A stretch of 60,472 nt of DNA, counting the filler, from Sphacelaria rigidula (Eukaryota): assembly GCA_964200075.2 (NCBI GenBank). It is 10 parts of 10 records of this genome, joined end to end, with 100 filler letters (N's around TTAATTAATTAA, not from the genome) between each part and the next. Parts side by side here need not be neighbours in the genome. Positions count along the whole stretch, not along the records: positions 36,345 to 42,301 come from CAXNAA020023224.1; positions 42,402 to 48,358 come from CAXNAA020023225.1; 8 more parts are not named here. One strand, 5' to 3'. The notes under the pieces were generated by a model. The model saw nothing but the letters and a program-made list of their open reading frames with translations, did not search any database and was not told the origin of the DNA. The position numbers and the translations under genes were made by a program. Within the stretch, counting starts at the first letter, position 1. The number at the start of each line of letters is the position of its first letter. This document shows positions 37,552 through 48,357 of this stretch, piece after piece.

Positions 37552-37769
37552 CGAGGACCACGAGCGATCAGTCACTTCGCAAGCAGCCGGAAGGTTTCTC
37601 CGTAGATTGTAGCCAATATTCTCCATCTCAAACGCAGCTGTTTTAGTCCTAACCTCACACAAAATGTAGTAATCAACGTCACGCATCTCCCTTGCTGTAA
37701 ACTTCAATCACAGTTACGCTGGATAGTACAAACCTTTCATCGAAACAACAACCAGACAATTCTAAAAAT

Positions 37770-38139
37770 GAGGTTGTACGATAAAATGAGGTCGCGAAAC
37801 AGTGATTCCCTCGCACTTTCAGCGATGGTGCCTGATAACGGTTTTGTTGGTCTAATGCCCCTCGATCGCGTAGATATTTCTCCAGCGCATATTACCGACT
37901 CTGTGAGCTTACAGCGCTGACTGAAGCCGTCATTTTTCCCGATCTGTCAGGGGGGTGATATCAGCGGAAACGACATTTTTGGTCAGTGCTGTAAGCTCAA
38001 AGCGTCTGCAAAATGCGCTGAAGAAGTATCTACGCGATCGAGAGGGCATTAGGCCAACAAAAACGTAATCGGGCACCATCGCTGAAAGTATGAGGAAAGC
38101 ACTGTTTCGGGCTTGAACCTTATTTCATCGTATAACCTC
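37770..38139. mobile_element. 370-bp foldback MITE with GAG...CTC termini
   Basis: GAGGTTGTACGAT / ATCGTATAACCTC; arms complementary over most of the length. Confidence 0.8.
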
Positions 38140-38664
38140 ATTTGATAGAATTGTGTGAACAGGAATCGTCTCGAGCCGCCCTCGCATGTCGTCGGAATCG
38201 CAAGCGTTTCGATCCTCTACACAGCGGATGCACCATTTGCGTATTTTCATCACACGCGATGGATATGGGGATTGTCATCCCTGGAACGAGAGCAAAGCTG
38301 GCATTGGCGAATCCTTCGCCCGGTTCACAACCAACCTTGCACACGTATGGTGTACGTAGTCAGCCACAATCCAAGCAGCGACCACCCTGTTTCACATGAG
38401 TTTCGAACCCCGTTCATGTACATCATAATATTCGTGTTCGTGTCGCACTAGTACCAAGCACACGTCCACCGTGCGAACAGTAGTTTTGAGAAGAAGCAAA
38501 TACTCATATTCGTGTCAGCGACGTAGCTTTCACTTGTAACCCTGTGGAGAAGGGCTGACTCATCTCGGGCCGTAACCATGAACGCGGCAAAGGGGACACG
38601 ACCCGCGTGCTTGTTCCCCGGAATTGTGCACAAACTGACCAACAAATCGTGACAGATGGCTTAC

Positions 38665-38767
38665 CTGGCAGGATGTGTGGCCCGGGACAGCTGTGTGGTA
38701 GACCACCTGACCCTGGTATCCACTATCCTGAACACCTCCCACCGCCGTGCGTAGAATCTGCTCAAAA
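38665..38767 (-). CDS. PC-esterase/TBL-like (SGNH acyl-esterase/O-acetyltransferase) exon
   Basis: cag|t FEQILRTAVGGVQDSGYQGQVVYHTAVPGHTSCQ|gtaagc; resembles the VFFRTxSPxH motif; phase matches the upstream exon. Confidence 0.7.
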
Positions 38768-38924
38768 CTGCACCATTTTTGCATGTGAAGGGATAGAAAC
38801 TGAGGAACATGCCACCACGTCGGGGGGAGTCCGTTCAGTATCAAACGGTCGATTGAACAACTCCGGGTTTATCAAACGTCAAAGGGACCATGCCACCTGC
38901 ATGTATGCGTCTGATCGAACCCAC

Positions 38925-39040
38925 CTGGCCACCGTCGAGACGGTATGTGCCCCGGTGCTGAGAACAAGAACGTCAAAGTCAGCGAGGAGGTGGAGCCAAG
39001 GCATGCATAAGTCCCCATACGGCCTACACGCCTCCGCTAC
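38925..39040 (-). CDS. PC-esterase/TBL-like exon
   Basis: cag|VAEACRPYGDLCMPWLHLLADFDVLVLSTGAHTVSTVA ag|gtgggt; W....DVLVLxTGAH motif. Confidence 0.72.
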
Positions 39041-41068
39041 CTGGCATTTGCATGATGCAATCAGCGAACGCCCAGGACGGTGTTGTCGTTATTTAGCGTC
39101 TGCATCCGTAGCACATCAAAGTACTCCTGCTGTACTAGAATGTGCATGCTAAGCTCTGTTGTAACACGTGAGCAATCTTCTGCCTTCTTGTCAGACCCAT
39201 ATACGCTTTCCTCCCTGGGTCGCGGCGGCTCAAGGAGTGGTCAAGAAGGTTTCACCGAAACACGTGATCAAAATGGATACCATGAACGCCTTTAATAGTC
39301 TATGATTTTACGCTCAGTAAGGCTGTGCGAAACACACAACCTCCGGTTCAAGCAAACTTTGCCTGGGTCGAATTCGCCGTAATTAGCAGGAATGCAGGCG
39401 ATGCCTAGCGTTACCAGTGACCATTCGTTGTGAAGGTTTGAGATTGGCTGTCCGAAGGGCTTGCTCGAAGTCTCCTCAATTCGTAGGACCAGAACAAGGC
39501 GCTTTGAAGGTTGGGGTGACGACGCGCAGGTGACCTTACAGTTCTTGTCATTGGCGAACTACTCATGAAGATGGATTCATGCGAGGGCTTGATATAGGGC
39601 GCTTAAGGTAAGGGTTAGGTACATAGCGGGAGCGGGAGGGGGTCAGGACATAGCGTTCATTCTACATCTATCATATTTAATATAAACGTTTTTCCGTCGT
39701 TAGGAATAAGCCTCCAGCATGGTGATTTACAATCAAGTTGTTCTCGACACCAAGTTATTGCTGTATTGCGGTTCAGGCTTATGTTGGAATATATATGAAC
39801 AGCCGATTCTAATTTGTGAGGTTGAACAATAAAGTGGGGTTCAAGCGGCATATATTGTTTGCAGGAATGGCGCGAAACAGTTACACCAAGGGAAACCACG
39901 CCCCCGCCCAGATAATAGCCTGGGGGCCCTTTGGGCAAAAAGAGATTTATTGCGACAGCATCAACTGTGCAGATCCCGCATACTGCACCGTTATCAGCAT
40001 ATGGGGTCCGAGACGCAGGAAAAATTGTTGAAAGTAATTCATCCTCTTGCCCCCCAGCTCATGTACCAGTTGGGCTAAAGGATAAATTCTCAACAGATTT
40101 TGCTGAATAGAGATCCCACACTGCTTACGAATGTATGTCCACACGCCTGTGCTTCGAGGCGATGCTTCCGCTGCAGGAGTGGTACAAGATGCTGGTGTGA
40201 CGGTATATACCTCGCATATGAATGCACATAGCTTATGAAAACCCTGCGGTCCAGTGTCTACCAATAACACAACTCAATTTTTTAGCAAAAACACGAAACC
40301 AAATTGACCACGGTACATATGTATATGCATATGTATTCTGATGGGGATGATGAATTGATTGACTAATTGACTATCGCACTTTAACTGTATAGGGTTAGGG
40401 TTAGACTAACCCTAACCCCGCCGGCAGCAGGGGTCCAGCCGTGGTCTATATAATCATAACAATAAACTGTATAGTACCACATAGAACAGTGCAATACCGC
40501 GTGCTCATACGTCACGTGCTATATACTGCCGAGTGAGCGTGGCATATGCGCTACGTATGGCTATGCAATGTGGATATATGCTATAGCATATATTTTGGTA
40601 TACGTGGGTTTACATGCCGTCAGGGGTATAACCACAGTAGAGTTCACACAGGACGCACACACGGAAGTGCAGCACGCAGTGAGCAGGGCATGAAAAGGAA
40701 GCGGGGAAAGTGCAGTACAAACAGCGCAGGACTATATATCTCCTCTGCCTACACTGCGACGTGAAAAGGACTTGAACAACGTGCAGCTTTGTACTGACGA
40801 TGTCTGCACCCATGCATCAACTATATTCGGTGAGTACACGTACTATATATACCCCGCTTACATAAAGCGGTTCGATCCGTCGCCATGCGATATACCGCGC
40901 GACCATGAAAGAAGATGCTCAAGTTCCCATGCACGAACAAGAAATACCTCATACCTAACCACGGCAATGTGTATCTATATTTATGTGCCCAACTCGTTCC
41001 CTTTGCTGCAGACAGTATATAGCGTAGTGGGTTCTACATGGCTGAGAACAAAAGTGTTAGTGTTACGA

Positions 41069-41512
41069 ACACGGGATCTTACAAATTGGGGATGGATATT
41101 TTTGGGGGGATGAGAAACCCGGAGAATAAAAATCTTCGTATCCACACCAAATCGTCGAAATATGGCTCCATTTCTTCATCTACTGGTAGCTATTGACAAC
41201 TGCTACACGCCAACGGAAATCTGGATTTCGATCATCGAAATGTCTGGGTCCTAGGTGAAAAACCAATTTGGGGGAATTTCGGGTGTCCGAACGGACGCTA
41301 AAATGGTTCCGAAATTGGGTTTTCACCTAGGACCCCAACATTTCGATGATCGAAATCCGTATTTCCTTTGGTGTGTAGCAGTTGTCAATAGCTATCAGTA
41401 GGTGAAGAAATGGAGTCATATTTCGGAGATTTGGTGTGGATACGACGATTTTAATTCTCCGGGTTTCTCATCCCCAATAAAAGATCCATCCCCAATTTGC
41501 AAAATCCCGTGT
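41069..41512. mobile_element. 444-bp foldback MITE with apparent 6-bp TSD TTACGA
   Basis: ACACGGGAT...ATCCCGTGT, ~200-bp inverted arms; TTACGA at 41063-41068 and 41513-41518. Confidence 0.85.
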
Positions 41513-41913
41513 TTACGAGTGATTCGCGTGGATCTCGGGTCATAGTCTATACTGTAAATATATACGAGTACTTTGAAGTACAAAATTGCTGGGGTCCCAG
41601 AAGTCAAACTCCAGAGGTGAATTACACCCGGGGAAGCGCTTTCCCCCCAAAGTTGCCAACAGGCAACAATTTGAAAATTACAAAATAAGGGTGCTCATGT
41701 TTTTGTTTCTGAAGTTATATTGCTTGATATATCCATTAGAAACCCAGAAATATTGCCCACACTAACAACAAGTCATAGGTGGTTCAATGCTCAACGCGTT
41801 CGTCGCCTTATCACTAGAGTCCGAGTGCGATACCCACCCCTGTCACAATTGAACTGTTTTTTCGCCAGTACTGCGCCTGCATATTAAGAGCAATGAACAC
41901 TACAGAGAGTGAC

Positions 41914-42100
41914 GAAGCCCTGTGAAGCGCCCTCTGTGGCATAAAATAACACCCTACAGTCAAATCCCCGCAAGAAACACTGCACAGTTTCCCTGAAACC
42001 CTGTGAAGCGTCCGGTGGGGCGCAAAACAAAACCCTACAGCCAAATCCCCGCGAGAAACACTGGACAGTTTCCCTGAAACCCTGTGGACGTGCCCCACAG
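41914..42100. repeat. 81-bp tandem repeat, ~2.3 copies
   Basis: GAA(G/A)CCCTGTG recurs at 41914, 41995, 42076. Confidence 0.85.
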
Positions 42101-43460
42101 GGAGCTATTTGTCCACGTGTGGAGCTTCCTCTCTGCCGTTACTCCTCCGGTGGCATCGTCATTGACATGCGTGTACACCGCATTCGTTCGGTGCACCTAG
42201 CCGCAACTGCTTACCCTGTTAAACGCGAGGGTAGGTCACCTGCTGAAAACAGCCAATCATCTATGTTGAGGATGGTGCTTTTGATTGAGGATGAGAACCC
42301 GNNNNNNNNNNNNNNNNNNNNNNNNNNNNNNNNNNNNNNNNNNNNTTAATTAATTAANNNNNNNNNNNNNNNNNNNNNNNNNNNNNNNNNNNNNNNNNNN
42401 NTGTGAGGTTTGGGAATTCATAGTGAGGCCCGCATATAGCAGGTAGTGCAGCACGACTTTCAATCTAGCAATGTGGCTGTGGAATGTAACACTAGGCCAC
42501 ACGATATCATCCAACTAACTTTTAACACCGTTGGCAGGTAGCAATATTTCGGATGCAATCCGGCGAAAAGTCGCTGGCAACACCTCAATCCAGGACGCAC
42601 AGCGCTGATACTGCCACAAATGCCCTCCTGCATCAGGAAAGGCTGTGAAGAGTGGATTCTCCTTTGCCACCTCCACCTGGAAGAATCCACCTGCCAAGTC
42701 GATCTTCGTGAAATACCTCGATCTGGCCAAACCGCTGCACATGATTTGCATGTCTCCCAAACCGTCGCTGTACGACTCGAGAAGTTCATTCAGCCCACGG
42801 TTATCTTGACATAGCCGCAAACGCCGTCTTTCTTCCAAACCGTGACACATACGACTGCCCACGCAGGCGTCGAAGGCTCGGTAACCCCTTGCTCAATCGG
42901 CATCTGGACTTTATCTTGAATTGCTGCCTATTGTTTCGGCGAGTAGCGCCTAGTACCACCGACAAATGGCCGGCATTTGAAATCTATTAGCCGCAAACGC
43001 CAAGGCTCTTCACGAGTTGCCTTTACTCGCTTAGGGTCCACAGCAAAAAGGCCCCCTTCGTTAAATTTTCTCAACAAGGCCAACAACTGTGTCTTTTGTG
43101 AAGAGCTCAACTGTCCCGTGTCTGCCTTCAAGAGACCCACTCCCCTGGATTCAGGTACGTCTCCCTCACACTCCCCCGATGACTCGGACAGTGGTTGAGG
43201 GTGATTCGAGACAGTCTCGGCGTCCTCCAACGCCGACTTCAGCGTTGAGCCAGAATCGGGGACAAACAGACTCTGTAATCACTTGTGATCCCGGACATTA
43301 ACGGCCACGACCTTGGCTACAACTCTGCCCTTACGCAAGAGATTGAGCACGTTGCATACAATATGAAGCTGAGGATCCCACCATTGTACTCATCTAGCAA
43401 CACCAACCTGCCCCTTTTGATCTAAATCGAAGGCAGTCCGAGGTTTGACCAACACGAGTT

Positions 43461-43716
43461 GAGTGATGCTACGGTAGGGGTACACAAATACTTTCTGAGG
43501 TTAGAATTGTTAGGAGCCCTTTATTTCATCCACAACACAACTTATGAAATATGCGAGAGTACGCCAGGATTACTATTCCAATGTGCCGGGACTATCCCGA
43601 ACAAATCTGCAACCGGGGATGCCCTGACTCATATTCTTGTGCGTCTAGAATTTTAAGGAGCCCCTGAATCAGACGAAATTTCGCGAAAAAAGTGCACCCC
43701 TACCATAGCATTGCTC
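43461..43716. mobile_element. 256-bp MITE, GAG termini, 4-bp TSD AGTT (Sola-like); partial copy at ~22617-22718
   Basis: GAGTGATGCTACGGTAGGGGTACAC / GTGCACCCCTACCATAGCATTGCTC; AGTT on both flanks. Confidence 0.85.
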
Positions 43717-45604
43717 AGTTGTCGTTCCTGATGCTGGGGGCCCTGCACATAACCTGGGACTAGCTTACTCACGAAGCCCCCTAACTGTACGTCCTCTGTC
43801 AGGTACAACAACCACTAAAGAGTAGCGTCGCCATCCCATGCAACTCTAAGGTCTCTCCAAACACTATGCCATGCTGTCATGTCATTTTCGTACGTCAAAA
43901 CATTCGTGGGATCCTCACTGGACACGTCCGGCTTGGCAGCATAGAAAAGAGTCCACGCCACTATAGCTACTGGTTGCTGTGGTAGGCGGTGTTAATGCCT
44001 CGCGTCTTGGGAATATGGTTGACACGAACCTTACCCACGGCGCGTCTGGTGAAGGCCAACATCCTGCTTGCCCCTCCAAACGGTAGGATGCTCTCGTCCT
44101 TCCCAAAAAACTAGTCCCGGCAATAAACCCGTACGGTAACCCATTAACTACCCTGACCCATATTGTTATTTCTGTCCTGTGGGTGGGAACGAATGAGAAC
44201 TATCGTGAGACCTATGACCCCCATAGGAGGCACCTTACTGTTGTTGGTGATGGTGACCTTCAGAAACCCTGTTCCCTGTTTATGCAACCTAGTTGCTTCA
44301 TAACCTCAGGTAAGTTACGACGTTCACCAACGCTTCGATGCGTAGCGTCCTCCCCCAGCACCGGTGTCCCGTAACACCGTTACTGGTTGGCGGTGGCTGC
44401 TCTTGCTGTGGTGTCGATCTACAGCTTGTACCCACAGCTTCTGCGCATCTTCCTCCCGTGCTTGAGCCAACTTTGGTGAAATATTGTTGTTCTGCCTCCC
44501 CCAGTGTGCACCAATGGCGTCTCCCGTTTTCTTTCATTGTACGCGGTCCCCTGGGGCGGCAGTCGCCAGGGCGTACCCACATTCAGAGTGAGAAGCCGAG
44601 TCAGTCTTGTCGGCAGTCTCTGCACCGGACTTCTTATCAAGTTGGGATGACGTCGATCTCTTCGCAGTGAGTTCGCGCAGAAAAGCAACAAGCTGTTGCC
44701 CCCGTCCGGGAAAGGCAATGGCAGTAGTCGCTGGCTTGGAGTCGCTGTGATCAAACCCCCATCATTGCGGGCGCTGCCCATAGGATCGAACAAATGTCCT
44801 ACTTGTAGACTCGTGAGTCGATCTGTGACGGACGTTTTCTTTCGGTGTGCTGGAGTGTCGGGTTGCTTGTAGTAGCCGAGGGGAAGCCGCTGAGCATCGT
44901 GAGATTAACTACAAGCCCCATTCTCGTGATTCTTACAGCGACAACCGTAGGCGTGGTTGAAGCATACGCCCAGCAGGCGCACTGCAACGTCACGTGGTTC
45001 TTGTGACGCGCCTGGCGTTGGTAGGAACGCAGTCTGTGGCGCGTCGCCCCGCGTATCAAACCGGACTCGCTGCTTAGGAGATGCATCCCGTTGGCGTTTG
45101 AGTCCACCCTTAGCGGGCGGGGGAGCGTCGAACGCTTTGCCTTCTCTTGGAGTCGATGCGTTTTGGTTGGTCAAGGCCGCTGCCGTAACGAACTCTTCTT
45201 CGTCTTCCTGAATCCCAGATTGTCCCCGCATATCTTTATCCAAAAGGCACGCCTCACTTACAGTCAACCCAGCCAGCGTTGACGAAGGGCAGTGAACCGA
45301 GTTACGGCGACTGCTGCTCGGTCTGCAGTCTGGCCATTGGCTGTGGCCACCTCGTAGTGGCCTTTCAGGGCCGAGACAAAACCATTGTAGGTGCGGTGTG
45401 CAATCCGCCCTCGCTCTCGCATTATCGGGTTGGTGGGGTCACCCAGATCTACCGGTATCCGGCGCATTTCTTCTTCGAGTACCTTGTTGGGGAACTGTAG
45501 CAATGTGTTGGTAACCAATAGCTGTGTTGCCTCTGGTATGATCAGGCAGTGGAAGTCCGCGTACAACTGCAGAATTGGGGTTTCTGGTTCTCCTCTCCAG
45601 GAGT

Positions 45605-45853
45605 GGCACTTTCTACGATAGCCCCCCCCCCAAAACCAGCCCAAAGGTGTCACGAAAAAATGGCCATACAGCGCCTGATGTTTGGGTTCGGGCTGCATGA
45701 AGCGCTTCATGTTGGCAACATTGGCGAGAACGAGCCCAAGCGTGGGAATGCCCAGCTGCTCCTTGTGCTCGGCTTTTCCCATTTAGATTTACGTGAAGAT
45801 TTTGCCTCCCAAAATCATGTACTTTTGGGGGGGAGACCATCGTAGGAAGTGTC
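45605..45853 (-). mobile_element. MITE family A copy with perfect 4-bp TSD GAGT
   Basis: Removing the element plus one TSD restores the reading frame EDEYS|WRGEPETP. Confidence 0.92.
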
Positions 45854-46614
45854 GAGTATTCGTCTTCAGCCAGGTGCGGTGTGGCGGCAGCTATTGTCTC
45901 CGCCATGGTCAACAAGAGTAGGCGGTGAGCTGCTGCTAAGTAGCTCTCGTTTTTGAGAAATTTCATGTTTCTCAATGCCGCTTTCGCATAACCTTGGCCA
46001 TTTCTTACTCTTCTTCTGCAACGAGTTTGCGAAGCCATTCGAGCGCAGTAACATCTCCGAAAGGGACTCTCATCATGTCACCAGACACTGGCGGTACATC
46101 TATACGATCGTGATCCTCCTGCTCGTCATTTGGGTATAGGTGGCTGAGATCGGTGTCATGGCATTCATTAGTAAATCTCGGCGTCGATCTGTATACTAAT
46201 CCGCCTGTGGTGCCAGCAGCGGTCCAGTTAGATGGGCATCAGAGGGCATACACCACTTCCCCCCTTCATATGCCGACAGCGTTGTCCGGAAACGGTTCAG
46301 GAATAAAACCACAGAATTCCGGTACGTCGAGTCCCCTTCCTAATCTACCGGCCCTCTTTTACACACAATGAACTTTGCATATTTGGCGCCCAACAACTTG
46401 GCAAGCATGGATGCCTGACGGGATACAGCTTCCTGGTGTTGGAGCAGCACGTTGGACCAACGTTGATCGAACATAGTTCCATGAGGTGCAGAGCCGCGAG
46501 GTATCGTAGCAGCGTGCGGCGTCAACCCCTCGATCCTCGCTTACGCGAAAGGAGTGGCACTGGATGGATGCAATGACTCATATAGTGGATTTTCATACAT
46601 ATCCATCGGGCTCG

Positions 46615-46863
46615 GATACTTTCCAAGATAGCCCCCCTTAAAAAAAGTGCACGGTTTTGGGAAGCAAAATCTTCACGTAAATCGAAATGGGAAAAGCCGA
46701 GCACAAGGAGCAGCTGGGCATTCCCACGCTTGGGTTTGTTCTAGCCAATGCCGCCAATATGCGGCGGTTCAAGCAGCCTGAACCCAAACATCGGGCGCTG
46801 TATGGCCATTTTTATCGTGACACGTTTGGGCTGGTTTTGGGGGGGGCTATCGTAGAAAGTGTC
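46615..46863 (+). mobile_element. MITE family A copy
   Basis: Homologous to 2370-2618 along its length; flanks CTCG/TTCG. Confidence 0.9.
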
Positions 46864-47296
46864 TTCGGCGAAACCACGTACCTAGAGTGACGCTATGGAG
46901 GTAGCGGAGGCGGAGGCAGCTGGGCACCGGATACGTACCCTACTGGTTGCGCCTGGTCTGGGATGGGCTGTACCCACGAAGACCCAGAAACTGGAATCAT
47001 CCGCGCAGGAGGCGGAGGAACGGCCGGTTGCGAAACTTGTTGGCCACCAGCAGGAGGTGGATTCCTCTGCGGTGCTTGAAAACCTCGGTGCAACGAAGGC
47101 GCAGGAAATTGCTGATTTTGAGGAAAAGGTTGTGTGGGAGGCGACGGAACGGCCTCGGCAGGGTTTTCAACGACTACATGTGGGTGTCCGACGTTGGAAG
47201 CGGGAGGCTGCTGTCCTGCCGGGTAAAAAGGCTGAGCCTGAGGGTTCAGAGGGTATCCACTCATATTTGGCGATTAAAAAATAATCTGCTATGTGG

Positions 47297-48357
47297 TTAT
47301 CCGCCATCGTCTGAATTAGTGGTTAGCATGAAAGAGTCATCCGGACTACAAGTACAATCAGCACTTAATCCATTGCCCCGGATATGCCCTGAAGCCGTCA
47401 CGTCACTGGAAGTGTGAAAACTCTCACAAATATCAGCGTTACTTCGAACGCTCTCAGAAGCAGCTTCTATTTTGGAGTGCAACACTGCCGCTAGCCTCTC
47501 TGGTACCAGCGGCATCGTGTCCGTTCTCACCTCTCCATGCTCAACCAAGCCCCTCTTTGGGTTTTCGCTCGGTGTCGCATCTGTACACAACTGCGCAGGC
47601 TTCTGTCCGCCTGTATAAGTGGTTACTGTCAGGCCCTGGATCCTCCCCGTCTTTTACGTTTTCGAAGTTATCTGTGGACAAATTTACCGTGCTCTCGTAG
47701 GATTCTTTCACAAACCACAGTATGCCTTCGGTAAACAGATGTCTTCCGAGGGCCTTACTGCGTATTTGATTCGAGGTACATCGCTCCAGTTTTTTTTTGG
47801 CATGAATATTCCTCACCACCGCAGCTACAATCTTAGTATCCTCATGCGACCCATACAATACTTTCCTATTACGGTGGGCCAGCGAACCACTGCGGACGTG
47901 TCTCAAGTTCACAGAGACCCACTAACAGCCCGGAATCGTTATTGAGGTTCAACATTTTTATGAGGTTTAACGGACCATCGGAATTTCATTTTCTTTGTTC
48001 AAGAGGCTCTCAAGTCGCAAGCGGTTTCGACCATGTGCCCCTAACCCAGAAGTTTCAGCACTGGAGCGAAAGCATAGTGGTGTGCAGTCCAATCGAAAAG
48101 CCGCCCTCATTCATTGTGCCGCATCTATCGAGCAACCCTTACGTCTAAGCGCTGCGGAACACGTAACAAAGCATGCTGAAAACATGATTTTTTGGACTAG
48201 TCGTCGAGTTTTCCAGCGCCTCTTGTTGTGTATCTGAGAGAGACTTCACACTGTTGCGCCGGCGACGACCGCCGTCAGCGAAACGATCCAATGCGGCGGC
48301 AGACGCCAACGATTTTCGAAACGCAGCGTCATTCAGCAGTCTGCTGAGATATACCAT
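47297..48357 (-). pseudogene. Disrupted ORF of unknown function immediately upstream of putative Gag
   Basis: Overlapping or adjacent same-strand ORF pieces 48145-48357, 47541-47912, 47297-47590, ending ~30 nt before the Gag ATG; no introns evident. Confidence 0.4.

Larger units (their letters stand above)
42402..47264 (-). mobile_element. Decayed Ty3/gypsy retrotransposon, second family (Pro-rich Gag, protease, RT; truncated by contig end)
   Basis: Putative Gag ATG 47264; protease DTGA at 44357-44368; RT RLCQDNRGLN, YFTKIDLAGGFFQV and *LDD (WLDD) near 42510; three MITE insertions. Confidence 0.9.

Noticed and set aside
45613..45782. Recurring peptide MGKAEHKEQLGIPTLG (also ORF at 46687) as a conserved small gene
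   Set aside because: It is the translation of MITE family A; the frame is not kept in the 2370-2618 copy
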